Below, in pieces: positions 13,955-26,499 of a stretch of 64,000 nt of DNA. The notes under the pieces were generated by a model. That model was not told where the DNA came from and searched no databases. It saw only the letters and a list, made by a program, of their open reading frames with translations. Within the stretch, counting starts at the first letter, position 1. Every line of letters starts with the position of its first letter. Position numbers and translations under genes: made by a program. Source of the DNA: Chrysomallon squamiferum (lineage: Eukaryota; Animalia; Mollusca); NCBI GenBank assembly GCA_012295275.1, contig CM022676.1, forward strand, positions 2,852,001 through 2,916,000. Direction: 5' to 3'.

Positions 13955-14299
13955 CTGTATGAGAAAATGTGCAATGTTTCAAAAATAGAATGATGGAGAA
14001 TGAGAATAGAAACATAATAATACATCTCTCTCTTTTATATCTATATCTATATCTACACGCATACACACACACACACACATGTACATAAATGCACACACAG
14101 AAATAAATGCTTATATATAATTACATTAATACGAACTGCACATAAAGAAACAAACAATTAAATATATATGAAAATGCTATTACACAAAAGTAATATTAAA
14201 CAAATTCATTGAAACAAAATATAAAAAGTCCTCCTGCCCCATCAATACAACCCAATATATATATATATATATATATATATACTATATATATATATAATA

Positions 14300-14339
<40 letters not shown>

Positions 14340-14693
14340 AAAATAACAATAATACTTGTAATAATCATCCATTCATTTATTTAACTGTTTAATTGTCTGT
14401 TATTATACAGATTATATTAAAATTATTCTGTTTAAATTTATTTCATTATCACGGTTTAACTTCTGAAAAACAGAAAATGAAAATATGAATTACTACAAAT
14501 AAAATCAACTCTGAAAACAAAAAATAAAATAGAAATGTAGAGACAGACAGAAAGACAGGCAGACAGACAGAGTGACAGAGAGACAGGCAGATGGACACGA
14601 AGAAAATCAGAGACAGACAGATAGTCATACAGAGAGAGACAGACAAATAGATGGAAAAAGATGGACACACATACACATATATATACATACATT

Positions 14694-14694
<1 letters not shown>

Positions 14695-14773
<79 letters not shown>

Positions 14774-14775
14774 GA
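14695..14775. repeat. (GATA)n/(GACA)n microsatellite
   Basis: Direct reading. Confidence 0.95.
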
Positions 14776-14874
14776 AACAAACAAACATACATAGAAACTG
14801 TTTTGGTCAATAGAGAAAGAAAGAAACAGAAAAAAATTGCATTTGATTGTTTTATTTATATTAATTATTATTAC

Positions 14875-14927
<53 letters not shown>

Positions 14928-14983
14928 TAAGAGGTATTTTATCACATTCAACAACTTACGAAGAAAATCGAAAGTCAACTTAC

Positions 14984-15089
14984 TGACACACTGACATTGA
15001 GGACTTAGTTTATTCAGTGACGGACCAGGCAGTCCGCGTTCACCTTTGACCCCTTTCTGACTTTGAATGCCTGGCTCTCCCTTGATGGC
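14984..15089 (-). pseudogene. Collagen Gly-X-Y exon (end of helix)
   Basis: CTCACAG acceptor, GTAAGT donor; AIKGEPGIQSQKGVKGERGLPGPSLNKLSPQCQCV. Confidence 0.75.
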
Positions 15090-15339
15090 CTGTGAGAAAG
15101 TTATTGTAAATTTTAAAACAGAAAAGAGATATTGTTAATTAATGTATACACGGATGATCAGAAGTTTTAAATATAACATCAGCAAAACACAGTGCAGCCT
15201 GGAGTTATCTAATTATCATCATCATCATCAACGGAAGTTTCTTTTACATTATTAAAGCAATATGAAATTCTAATCAACAGCTTTAAGTAACAACATAAAA
15301 ATTACAGGTGACTACAATAACATTAGAATATTAATGAAA

Positions 15340-15875
15340 TTGCTACTACTATTACTACTCTACATCAGTTACTGCTATTACCAACACTACTACTGTTACT
15401 ACTATAATTGCTACTACTACTGTTACTACTATAATTGCTACTATTACTGTTACTACTATAGTTGCTGCTACTATAACTGCTACTACTAATACCAACAAAA
15501 CTACATATATTACTACAATTACTATTACTCCTAATAAGAATACTGCTAGTATAATTACTTCTTGTTATTACTTCTACTATAATTAGTATAACTACAAAAC
15601 TACTACTACTTTTACAACAACTACTACTACTATAACAACTACTACTACAACTACGACGACAACTAGAACAACAGCTAGTACAACTATTATTACCACTATA
15701 TCTACTACTACAACTACAACAACAACTAGTACTACTACTATTACAAATATAACTGCTACTATTGTTGCTGCTATGTCTACTAATACTGCTACTGATATGA
15801 AAATATTACTACTCATTACTGTTACCATTGCTACTGCTGTGACAGCTACCAGTACTACCATATTACTAACATTAA
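15340..15875. repeat. Degenerate (ACT)n trinucleotide tract (collagen intron); (GTA)n/(ACT)n tract also at 16285-16560
   Basis: Direct reading; source of the poly-V and poly-T ORFs. Confidence 0.9.
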
Positions 15876-15952
15876 TATTGTGACTTTTTCCCCTCAAGCT
15901 AGCAAATAGCATTTATTTCCTTTTCTTAAACAACAACAACAACTTTTCTCAC

Positions 15953-16079
15953 CTTTTGATCCTTTTCGGTCGTGATTTCCTATTTGACCTTGAATTCCAC
16001 CGTTTCCTTTGGATCCTGGTTCACCTTTCTGACCTTTCTGTCCCTGTTCTCCTTTTGAATCAGGAAGTCCTTTGAGGCA
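15953..16079 (-). pseudogene. Collagen Gly-X-Y exon
   Basis: ACACAG acceptor, GTGAG donor; CLKGLPDSKGEQGQKGQKGEPGSKGNGGIQGQIGNHDRKGSK with Gly substitutions. Confidence 0.75.
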
Positions 16080-16635
16080 CTGTGTAGGATAAAAAAAAAG
16101 AAATAAAATAAAATAAGCATTATGTATGATAAATATTCAAGACTTTAAAGAACCTTTATGTTTATTGGAAGATTCAAGCATGTACGTATTAACCATTGAT
16201 ATAGATGTTAAGTTGTATTCTTCAGAGGGAGTTGTTTGTATGTTAGAGAATTAGTGGCTTTGAAGTAGACAGAAGTATCAGAATTGTAGTAGTGGTAGTA
16301 GTAGCAGGAGTAGTAGTTGTTGTTGTAATACTAATATTTGTAGTAATAATGGAAGCAGGAGTAGTAGTTCTACTAAAAGTAGTAATAGTAGTACAAGAAG
16401 TAGTAATAGTAGTGGATGTAGTAGTAGTAGCAGTTGTAGCAGTTGGTGTTGGTGATGGTAGTAATAACGACACAACTACTACTACTACTACTACTAATAC
16501 TACTAATACTACTATAACATGCAGCTGCTGCTACTGCTACTACAACTACTATTACTTTTTATATCATTATATCTGCACACATATAACGCCAAATAATAAT
16601 AATAATAACAACAACAACAACAATAATAATAATAC

Positions 16636-16760
16636 TTTTATTCCTTGGTTTTCTTGATCTCCTTTTATTCCTTTTTGACACTTTTCTCCTTTTTGACCTC
16701 TGGATCCTGGGTCTCCTTTCTGACCTTTTGACCCTTTTGTACCTGTGTCACCCTTAGGTC
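16636..16760 (-). pseudogene. Collagen Gly-X-Y exon
   Basis: TTAACAG acceptor, weak GTATTA donor; GPKGDTGTKGSKGQKGDPGSRGQKGEKCQKGIKGDQENQGIK. Confidence 0.75.
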
Positions 16761-16959
16761 CTGTTAAATAGTAGCTGATTTAGTAACAAATAGGGTGAAA
16801 TCATTGATATATGCTGAATGTATGCAACGAAAACAAATCAAGAAAACAAACAGCAACAACAAGAAACAAAAAGAAACTAAGAAAATACAAAATCAAGAAA
16901 CAAACAGCTACAACAACACAAAAACAACAACAAAGAAAAAAAATAATAATTATGTTTGC

Positions 16960-19900
16960 CTACTCAGATAAGAAAAGACAGGTGAAAGGTTGAGTGGAAA
17001 TCTTTTGAAAATAAAAACACTCAAATACATTAATAATTATCTCTTTTACTTTGGTTCACTTAAAATAAAATTTAGAAGATACCTATTGCTTATTATTATA
17101 TTTAAAAGTGTAAATATAAATTCGAAACTTGTATTCATTATTCTGTTTTCCTGGAAACCGCGATATGTTTTCTATGAAGTAATTTACAGACACGACACAC
17201 TTCTAAGGTGACATTTCTACAAGTTTTTCTTGGTTAGAAACAAAGACGTTTCTTATTAATGATTTTTCTGTAGACACCCTGCCAAACCTGATTGTTTATT
17301 TAAAACAAATGAAGTGAAATAGTGGTTAGTTGTTGAAAGTTTGCAGTGTATTTTTATGTATATATATATCATGAATACAGAATGTATGTAATGATTTTTG
17401 TCACGTAGTACAATGAACTCGTTAACAGTGATTATCAAAATTTACCTTTCATTACCAAGAAAAATAATTTTGTCAGAGGCTTCTTAACGGTTTAATATCA
17501 TTGTATAAGAGTTATCTTCCCTGAAACGCCTCGATCATTGAAAGGACGTCAAAGTTCGAGTGGAGAACTTTAAATTATTTTAATAATTATCTCAGTGGTA
17601 ACGTGATTTTTAATTTAGTTTTCATAAAATAAAATTAGGAATATATTATGATGATAACTACCAGTTATCATTATTTCTAAAAGTGTAAATTTTAAATTGA
17701 AATTTGTATCTATTGTTTTGTTTTCCTGGAAAATGCAAGATGTTTGCTGAGAAGTAATTTACAAACAGGACATACCGCTAAAGGTGAAATTTCTAGAAGG
17801 TAACTTTTTCTTTGTGTTATTACGAAATATTTTTCTTATAACTGCCTTTTTCAGTAAGTACATCTCGAAACGAATTGCCTGTTTAAAACAAATACAATGA
17901 AATCTTGGATATGTATTGAATGTATGCAATGTATATTGGATGTATATGAAATTAATACAGGGAAGGGTTAGTCTTTAGATAGAGAAGATTTGCGAAATGT
18001 TGCTAATTTTATATTATAAAGTTTACACTGTAAACTTGGCCAGGGCTTGTCGCCATATCAACTGCGTTAGCAAACCAAACTGTGAAGCTGACATCTACTT
18101 CAGCTAAAATATCATTCAGAACTTCAGAGAGTGCAATATGTAGATATCAGTTTTATTTATTTATTTTATTTCATTTATTAGCAACTTGGAAACCCTGCAT
18201 AATCCGCCCCTCGAATAAAGAATGTATGTAATAGACTTTGTCACGTAGTCCAGTGACCTAGTTAACAATGTTATCAAACTTTACCTTCGAGAATGTTCGG
18301 CGCTTCGACATGCGAAAAACATTTTAGATAAAATAATAGTAATAAGAATAATAAAAATAATAAGAATAATAATAATAATAATACTCTAAAATAAATATAT
18401 ATATATATATATATATGACAATATATATATAAATAATACTCTAAAATAAATATATATATATATATATATATCTACAGTATGACAATAAAAAGAGGAATAA
18501 ACAAATAAAAAACCGGTCTTATTAAACTGACAAATATAAATGGTACCTGTGAGTATTACGCTGAAAATAAATATTTAATTTTATTATCCACAAAATAATT
18601 TTCTCAAAAATAATTGTTAAAGATGCCACGACTGATGTTCCTCAAAAAGTTATCTACTCAGATAAAACGCAGGTCAAAGTTCGAGTGGAAAACTTTTTAA
18701 AATAAAAATACTGAAATGCATTAATAATTATTTTAACCGTACAGTGACTTTTTACTTTATTTTTCATAAAATAAAATTAGAAGTATATTAAGACGAAAAC
18801 AAGTACTTATTTTTATATCTGAAACTGTTTTTTTTTTGTTTGTTTGTTGTTGTTTTTTTAAATTAAAAGTATATATTGTTTTGGTTTCCTGGAAACAGTC
18901 AAACGTTTACTGGGAAGTAATTAACACACAGGACACATTTCTGAAAGTGACGTTTCTCGAAGGTAAGTTTTTCTTTTCGTTAGAAACAAAGATTGTTCTT
19001 ATTACTGATTTTTCTATAGATATATTTCGAAACCTGATAGTCTGTTTAAAACTAACAGAGTGAACTCGTGTTGAACGTATGTAGTATATTTTGGATGTAC
19101 ATATAAAGAATACAGAATTTATGTAATGAATTTTGTCACATAGTACAGTGACCTCTTTAAGAATGATTATCACTCTTTACTTCCAAGAAAGTCCACCATT
19201 ACAATAGTAATAATAATAATAATAATAATAATATTAATAATAATACTAATACTAATACTAATAATAATAATAATAATGATAATAGTAGTAATTATAAAAT
19301 AAAATAAAATAAAATAAAACTCAGGAAAAAAAAATCCAAAAAGAGCCCCATTCCCCACCAAAAGAAAAGAAACAAACGAAGAAACGAACCAGAAAGAACA
19401 AAAAGAAAAGAAGAACGAAATAGAAATAAAAGAAATTACAGGGTTGAAAAAAACGTAATAAAACAAAATAATAAGCCTAAAATCACTTGAATAAACTGTC
19501 AGGTATAGCATGGTGGACGGAGGATATTTATTGATATAAATATTTAATTTTATTACCAAAAAAATAATTTCGTCAAATGCACTTGATGGTTTAAGGATCA
19601 GTGTATAAGTGTTATCTCCCTGAAACCCCTCATTGTTAGAGTGGATAACGTTTGAAAAATAAATCACTATCTCAATGTTAAAGTGATTTTTAATTCAGTT
19701 TTCATAAAATAAAATTAGGAATATATTAAGAAGATAACTACTACTTATTATTATATTTAAATGGAAGTAATTTACATATACAACACATTGCTAAAGGTGA
19801 CGTTTCTAGAAGGGGTAAGTTATTATTTTTGTTAAAAACAGTTATTATTATTATTCGTGATTTTTATCTAGATACATTTCTAAACATAATTGTTTATTTA

Positions 19901-20390
19901 TAACAAATACACTGAAATCTTCGTTATGTGTTGAATGTATGCAATCTATATTGGATGTATATGTAATGAAGGAGCGGATTAGTCTTTAGATAACGAATAT
20001 TTGCGAAACAATAACTAAATATCCGTAGTTTCAAATTATAAAGATTACACTTGTAAACTTTACAGTATTTGTCTGTTCACAGTTATTCGCTTTGCTCCCT
20101 TCCATTCTTTGTCGCCATATCCACTTCGTCAGCAAATCAAACTGTGAAGCTGACATCTAGTTCAGCTAAAATATTATTCAGTACTTCAGACTGTACACAG
20201 AAGTTGATATCAGTTTTATCAATTTTATTTCTTTATTAGCAACTTGGAAACCCTGCATAATCCGCCCCTCGAATAAAGAATGTACGTAATAGACTTTGTC
20301 ACGTAGTCCAGTGACCTAGTTAACAATGTTATCAAACTTTACCTTCGAGAATGTTCGGCGCTTCGACATGCGAAAAACAATTTAGATAAA
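16960..20390. repeat. Upstream module array 3
   Basis: A cores near 17508, 18646, 19608; B cores near 18081, 20143; 19250-20400 is nearly identical to 150-1330 and 61590-62730. Confidence 0.9.
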
Positions 20391-20403
20391 ATAATAATAA
20401 TAA

Positions 20404-20482
<79 letters not shown>

Positions 20483-21499
20483 TAATAATGATACTCTAAT
20501 ATATATATATAGTAATAAAAATAATAGTAATAATAATAATAATGATAATAAAACAAAAAGTTGATAATGATGATAATGATCATGGTGATGATGATGATAG
20601 TGATAATGATATTGATAATAATAATAAAGTTTGGAGTGATACCGAGTTCGTTTTATTTTTACGACTAAGAAAACAAATAAAAAGAATTAAAAAAGCTACA
20701 GACTAACAATAGCAGCTGATGATGATTATGTTAATAATGATAATAATAATGATAATAATAATAATTAGTAATATAATAATATTATTCATAATACTAATGA
20801 TGATGACGATCATAATAATAATAATAATGAGTAATAAGAAGAAGACGAAGAAGAAGAAGAAAAAGAAGAAGAAGAAGAAGAAGATAAATATTCAAGTAAT
20901 GAATAAATAATCAAATAAATAAATAAATAAATTCAAAAGTGCAACTGAGCAGTGATAAATTGATAATAAATAAAGTTATTTACTGATTTTTGTTTCAGGG
21001 ACGAATAAGTCAGGACGTGACGCTACATAAAATAAAGAACAGGGGAGAGATTTAAGATATAAAAATAAAAACAAATATTTTTAAGCTACCTTTATATTTC
21101 ATATTACAGCAATATTGCTGAAAGCCCGAATACACACACAAGTATATACAAACACACATATTTAGATACACATAAATGCATATACACATACATGCATCTA
21201 CAGACGAACATGGACACAAACACTAAAACACACAGACACATGTGTTCTAGGTGACAACGAATGAATGTTGATATCAACGGAAGGGTTTGAAATCAAAATC
21301 ATTTTATTTTTAACGATAAATTTAGAAACAACAACTATAACGACAACAATCATATGCACTTGAACATAGTGAGCGCCTAGTCATTAAAAAACAGCCTGAT
21401 ACTATCTTATAACTTTATTATCTTTACAAAAGTCTTATTAATTACCTTCTGTTAAAACCATACAAACTGACAAAAGCAGATCTAAAATAAAATGGTTTA

Positions 21500-21590
21500 T
21501 GTTGTCTTGTAATTTGAAAATACGTGACCACACATTGAACATGTGTGTCAGTGACTGGATCGCTGATGTCGTTATCGTGTAAAGCTGCAT
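21500..21590 (+). promoter_or_regulatory. Conserved upstream block, putative non-coding first exon or promoter
   Basis: ACGTGACC..GAACATGTGTGTC..GCTGATGTCGTTATC block recurs at ~35700-35765 and ~48845-48915 with a GTAAAG donor-like end; each ATG is preceded by acceptor-like TTCAG|TG(A/G)TAACAAAATG. Confidence 0.45.
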
Positions 21591-21790
21591 TTCGGCCGAA
21601 TACTTTTCTCTCTCTCAAACATATACACACGCACGCACGCACACACACACACATGCACACACACACACAAACACATACACAGAAACGCACACACACAAAC
21701 TCTAAAAATATACACAATTTATTTGTTTGTTTATCTTAAAATAAATATTCTTTTCTGTTGTTATCATTTTATTTATTCAGTGGTAACAAA

Positions 21791-22143
21791 ATGGCTGCAG
21801 CAGAAGCTGATACTGTGGATGATGTAATAAACGCTGAAGACACCGAAGTCGTGGATGACGTAACCACCCCACAAGAAACAGAAGTAAAAAATACTTCCGG
21901 TTTTGTTGATAACTGGCAACATGAAAGAACTCTCCTTGAAAGTCTCCGATATTCTCTCAAGGAAAACATTCTCTGTGACGTCACATTCATTGTCGGAGAG
22001 GACAGGACACGTATCCAAGCTCACAAGTTGATACTCAGTCTGCGTAGCTGTGTGTTTCACGCCATGCTGACAGGAGATCTGAAAGAACAGGATGATATTG
22101 TAATCCCAGACACTGAAGCAGAAATTTTTCACTTGTTTTTAGA
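21791..22143 (+). CDS. BTB-BACK-PHR protein copy 3, coding exon 1 (BTBD1/2/3/6-like)
   Basis: ATG in AACAAAATGG context, BTB motif, phase-2 donor GA|GTAAGA; splices in frame to 22836 (484 aa total). Confidence 0.9.
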
Positions 22144-22835
22144 GTAAGAAATTATCCATGTAATTTAACTTTTTAATTAATTAGTCAATATGTATGTATG
22201 TATATGTGTTTGTATGTAGTATATATGTATGTATGTATGTGTGTATGTATATAATATGCATGTATGTATGAATGTATGTATGTGTGTATGTATGTTCATA
22301 CTATGCATGTATGTATTCTATGTATTTCTGAATGTCTCTGTCTTTTGTACGTCTGAATGAATGTTTGCGTTAATATATGTATGTGTGTGTTTAAGTGTCT
22401 ATGTATGTATGTATTGTATGTGCATGTGTCTGTAAATGTATTTGTGTGTATGTATGTTCGTATTTAATTTCTGTTTTTAATATTTCCTTTTCGAAAGTTT
22501 CTGCCTTTTATTTTTAATTTTTATTGATTTTATTTTATTCTGATATAATTCATGCAGAGATATGTGTATAATCTGTATGTATGTATGTGTTTGTGTGCGT
22601 GTGTGTATATAATATGCATGTATGTATTTTAGCATCTGAATTTCTCTGCCTTATGTACGTCTGTATGGATGAATGTTTGTGTGAATATATAACCATTATA
22701 TAAAACTATTACCTTTGGGTGTATATATATTTGTATGCGTTTGTGTGTGTATGTATATATAAGTATGCTTGCATCCATATATGTATATTTGTGGTTTTGT
22801 GTATTTATTTAAGTGTTCTTTCTTCTATTTACCAG

Positions 22836-23937
22836 ATTTCTTTATACCGATGAAACGGACTTTAAAGCCGACAACGTCATTCGATTGTTGTACCTTGCCA
22901 GGAAGTATGACGTCATTCATCTAGAAAAGAGATGTCTTAACTATCTTGAAACGGAAATGACGAAAGAAGACGCATGCATCGTTCTCGAAGAAACCCACAA
23001 TTATAAACAAGACGATTTTACGGAAACGTGTCTGAGATATATTTGGGAAAATGGCGAAGATGTACTGAATTCAGAGAGTTTAACAGATCTCTGTCGTGAA
23101 TGTGTAGGAAAGATAATTGAACCTGATGATCTGAACGCCACTGAGGAGACAGTTTTTCAGTCATGCATGAAATGGAGTGAAGCTGAGTGTAAACGACAGG
23201 AAAAAGAAATAACAGCAGAAAACCAACGGGAAATGCTGGGAAAAGAGCTGTACCTCATTCGCTTTCCTCTTCTCGACTCAGAGTATTTTGAAAACACGAT
23301 AATGTCTAAAAGTCTTTTAAATGAATCTGAGAAATTACAAATTGTATCCTGCTATGTCTACCCAGAGAAAGAGGTGTCACTTTTCAGCAAAAGACGCAGA
23401 GCTGGTACAAAGAAGAAACTAATCGAAATTGACAGATTTAAAAATGTTTGCTTGAAGACCATATTTGATGAAAGTTATCTATGCTGTGATGCAGTAACAT
23501 TTTGTTTAAACACGGCCGCTGCTCTTAAAGGGTTTAGTATTCTCACTTTTGTAGAAGAGAAGAAATCAGTTACAATCACAGCCGGTGTCTGTGAAGTTTT
23601 AACAGATGTGATAGTGCCAGAATCCTCACTAGAGAAAACAATCGACGAGTCTATTTTTGATGTTGATTTTCCAAGTCCTTTAGAGATAAAGAAAGACACA
23701 CAGTATAACCTGATTGTTGAAGTTCAAGGAAAAGTTGGATACAAAACGGAGAACAGACAAGGTGAGATACGTGAAGGATTTCTGAAGTGTACGTTGTCAG
23801 ATTCTAAAGAATGTTCTCATTATCGTCAGTTCAGTGAAGAAAATGTGTATTTCACCGATGATATGTGGTATTTATTTCCATCTCAGCAGAGTAAAAAGAA
23901 AGCAAGCTTGATATCGCGATTAAAATTTCTCGTGTGA
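22836..23937 (+). CDS. BTB-BACK-PHR protein copy 3, coding exon 2
   Basis: ACCAG|A TTT CTT TAT; FLYTDE..LYLARKYDV..BACK..PHR-like DAVTFCLN..LKGFSI..FDVDFPSPLEIKKDTQYNL; stop TGA. Confidence 0.9.
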
Positions 23938-24907
23938 ATCTTTGTAAATCGAACTTAGATTTACTATGATTACGAAATGTGTCATTGTTATAACAGTCAT
24001 AGATTATAAATTACAGGTATTCACATTATTACTACTAATATTATCAATATCCTCTTAAAACACATACGCATACAGTGATAAAAAGACATAGAAACGTAAA
24101 TACACTCTGAAATATACACATATATGGATAAACACCCATACACTAAGAAATACACATATACACATGCACATACACTCATAAATGCACATGCACAGACTCA
24201 GCTGGTCGCAAAACATAAAACAAAGACGTTAATAACAACATTAGAAACTAGAAGAAAAGTTGAAAACAATAACACACAAACAATGTGGACATTCCAAAGA
24301 CAAATGGATTACTTACGGAATAGGAATTTCAATTTCGTTTCGGTAGAAAATTTAGATTTTACATTCAGAAGAAACAACTTTACGTCAACTGACTGAAAAA
24401 AACCGGATAAACGTTTTGTAAATTAACTTTGCAGTGATATTTTTAATTGTTGTTTTAGATAATAATTTTATTATTAATTTAATTCTCTCATAATTTATGA
24501 CTGTTCGTGTGTTACTTTGGAAACATTTATCATAGTAACGTGTCATCTGTGTGTTTTAATCATGGTTTTACAAAATTGTTTGTTTTAACTCCGATTCCGG
24601 GGCAGAGCGAAGAAACAAGGGAAATCACTGAGGGATAACAAAACAACTGATTTCTCCAGAGTTACATACAAATTATTATTTTTTTTGTTTTTAATTTTAA
24701 ATTTTATTTATTTATATTTGAAAATGATTTCTGTTCAAAAGAAGTGTGCTAGTTTTATTGTTAAAGAGTGCTGAGAAAAGATTTAGTACTTTATTGTTTC
24801 TTTATTTTTAATTTTTAAAAATTATGTTATTATTATTTTCGTGACTGTGGATTATAATATTTTTGATTGATAAGATAATTAATTATATTTGCAGTTCTAA
24901 AACGAAC

Positions 24908-24989
<82 letters not shown>

Positions 24990-25972
24990 GCCTGTAATAT
25001 AAAATATTATACTATCCTATTCTATGCTAACCCACTACACTGCACTATACTATACTATACGATAGTATACTATCTACACTGTGCTACACTATACTAGACT
25101 ATACTATTCTATACTATCTAATCTATACTAAACTATACTAATCTATACTATACTATAATACGCTATACTATAAATTAATTATTGTTGTACTTTTCCTTTG
25201 AATGAAAAAATATAAAATTTAATAGTAAAGTTGCCTTTACATTTTGAAAAAATTACAAGTAATTATTTTTATTTTTATTCCGAATATACATTTTGTTTTT
25301 AATAATTACTGCTTATGTTCAATAAATAACTGTTTCATTTCAAAAGTTGTATTTAAATGTCAGTTAAAACTATTTATAGACAATAATATAATTATTTTTG
25401 TTGCTTTTTAAAGTTTAGGATTCAGTAAATGTTTGTATACATATATTTGTGTTTTACAGTGTTACAGAATGTAATCATAATGTATTTTGAAAATACACGT
25501 TTCAAACGATTTGTTTTTTTAGATTCGGTTAAAAAATATTAGTGGATAATAATCTCAGTTTATTTCTATTATTATTTTATTTTATTATACTATTAATATT
25601 ACTCTTTTAATGTTTTGTTTTCTTTCTTTCTCAACGTGAATTCTAATAGTTTGTAATAATATTGTATTTACATACGTAAGTTTTAATGGTAGGTAGCAAT
25701 AACAGTTGTTCATTTTAGCTTAATAAAACATTTCCAGATAATAACGCATTTTGTTTTGTTTTTTTTCAAAATTTAAAAATGAGTAATTGTTGCTAAACTT
25801 CGGTTTTCATTTTGCTATAAAATGTTAGGGATATTTTAAGAATCATGTGAAATTCATAAACTGACAACAGACAGGTGGGTAGACAGAGACAGAGAGAGAT
25901 ACTAGAGAAAACATCTGAAAAATAAATTTCTTCGAACGTACTTGAAGAAACCAGTACGAAGAACAATAGATA

Positions 25973-25987
<15 letters not shown>

Positions 25988-26032
<45 letters not shown>
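25988..26032. repeat. (GA)n microsatellite (others at 35767-35900 CT, 48919-49002 CT, 55778-55854, 58564-58729)
   Basis: Direct reading. Confidence 0.95.
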
Positions 26033-26036
<4 letters not shown>

Positions 26037-26499
26037 AAGTGATCTCACTAATTAAAATAAAAAGTAGCTACACTTCAGGAGAGGTAAACACGTCTATCAG
26101 TATGAACAGCTGAGTTTGCGAATCCTGTCTCTATAGCGTTAACAAATTTCTAATTAACAGAACTAAAACGACTCACAGTGAGAAAACTTTATGTTAAAAA
26201 GAATCATCACATTCGTTATTTAGATACAGAACAACTGCTGCGGTAACAGGAACAAAATATTATCAATGTTTCTTTCTTTCCTTTTTTATCTCAGATTCCG
26301 TGACATCGGAAAGAAGATCAGTCAAAGCAACATAACTCATAAATATTTTATTAGTTCCATGAACATTTTCAAGTAACAGTTATAAAAATAATGTGTATAT
26401 TTGACTGCATTTGGACTAACCAGCATTTATATCAGAACTGACCTCTTTTCTACTCTCAGATATTTTCATATTTTCATAGCGGAGACACACACTATTTCT

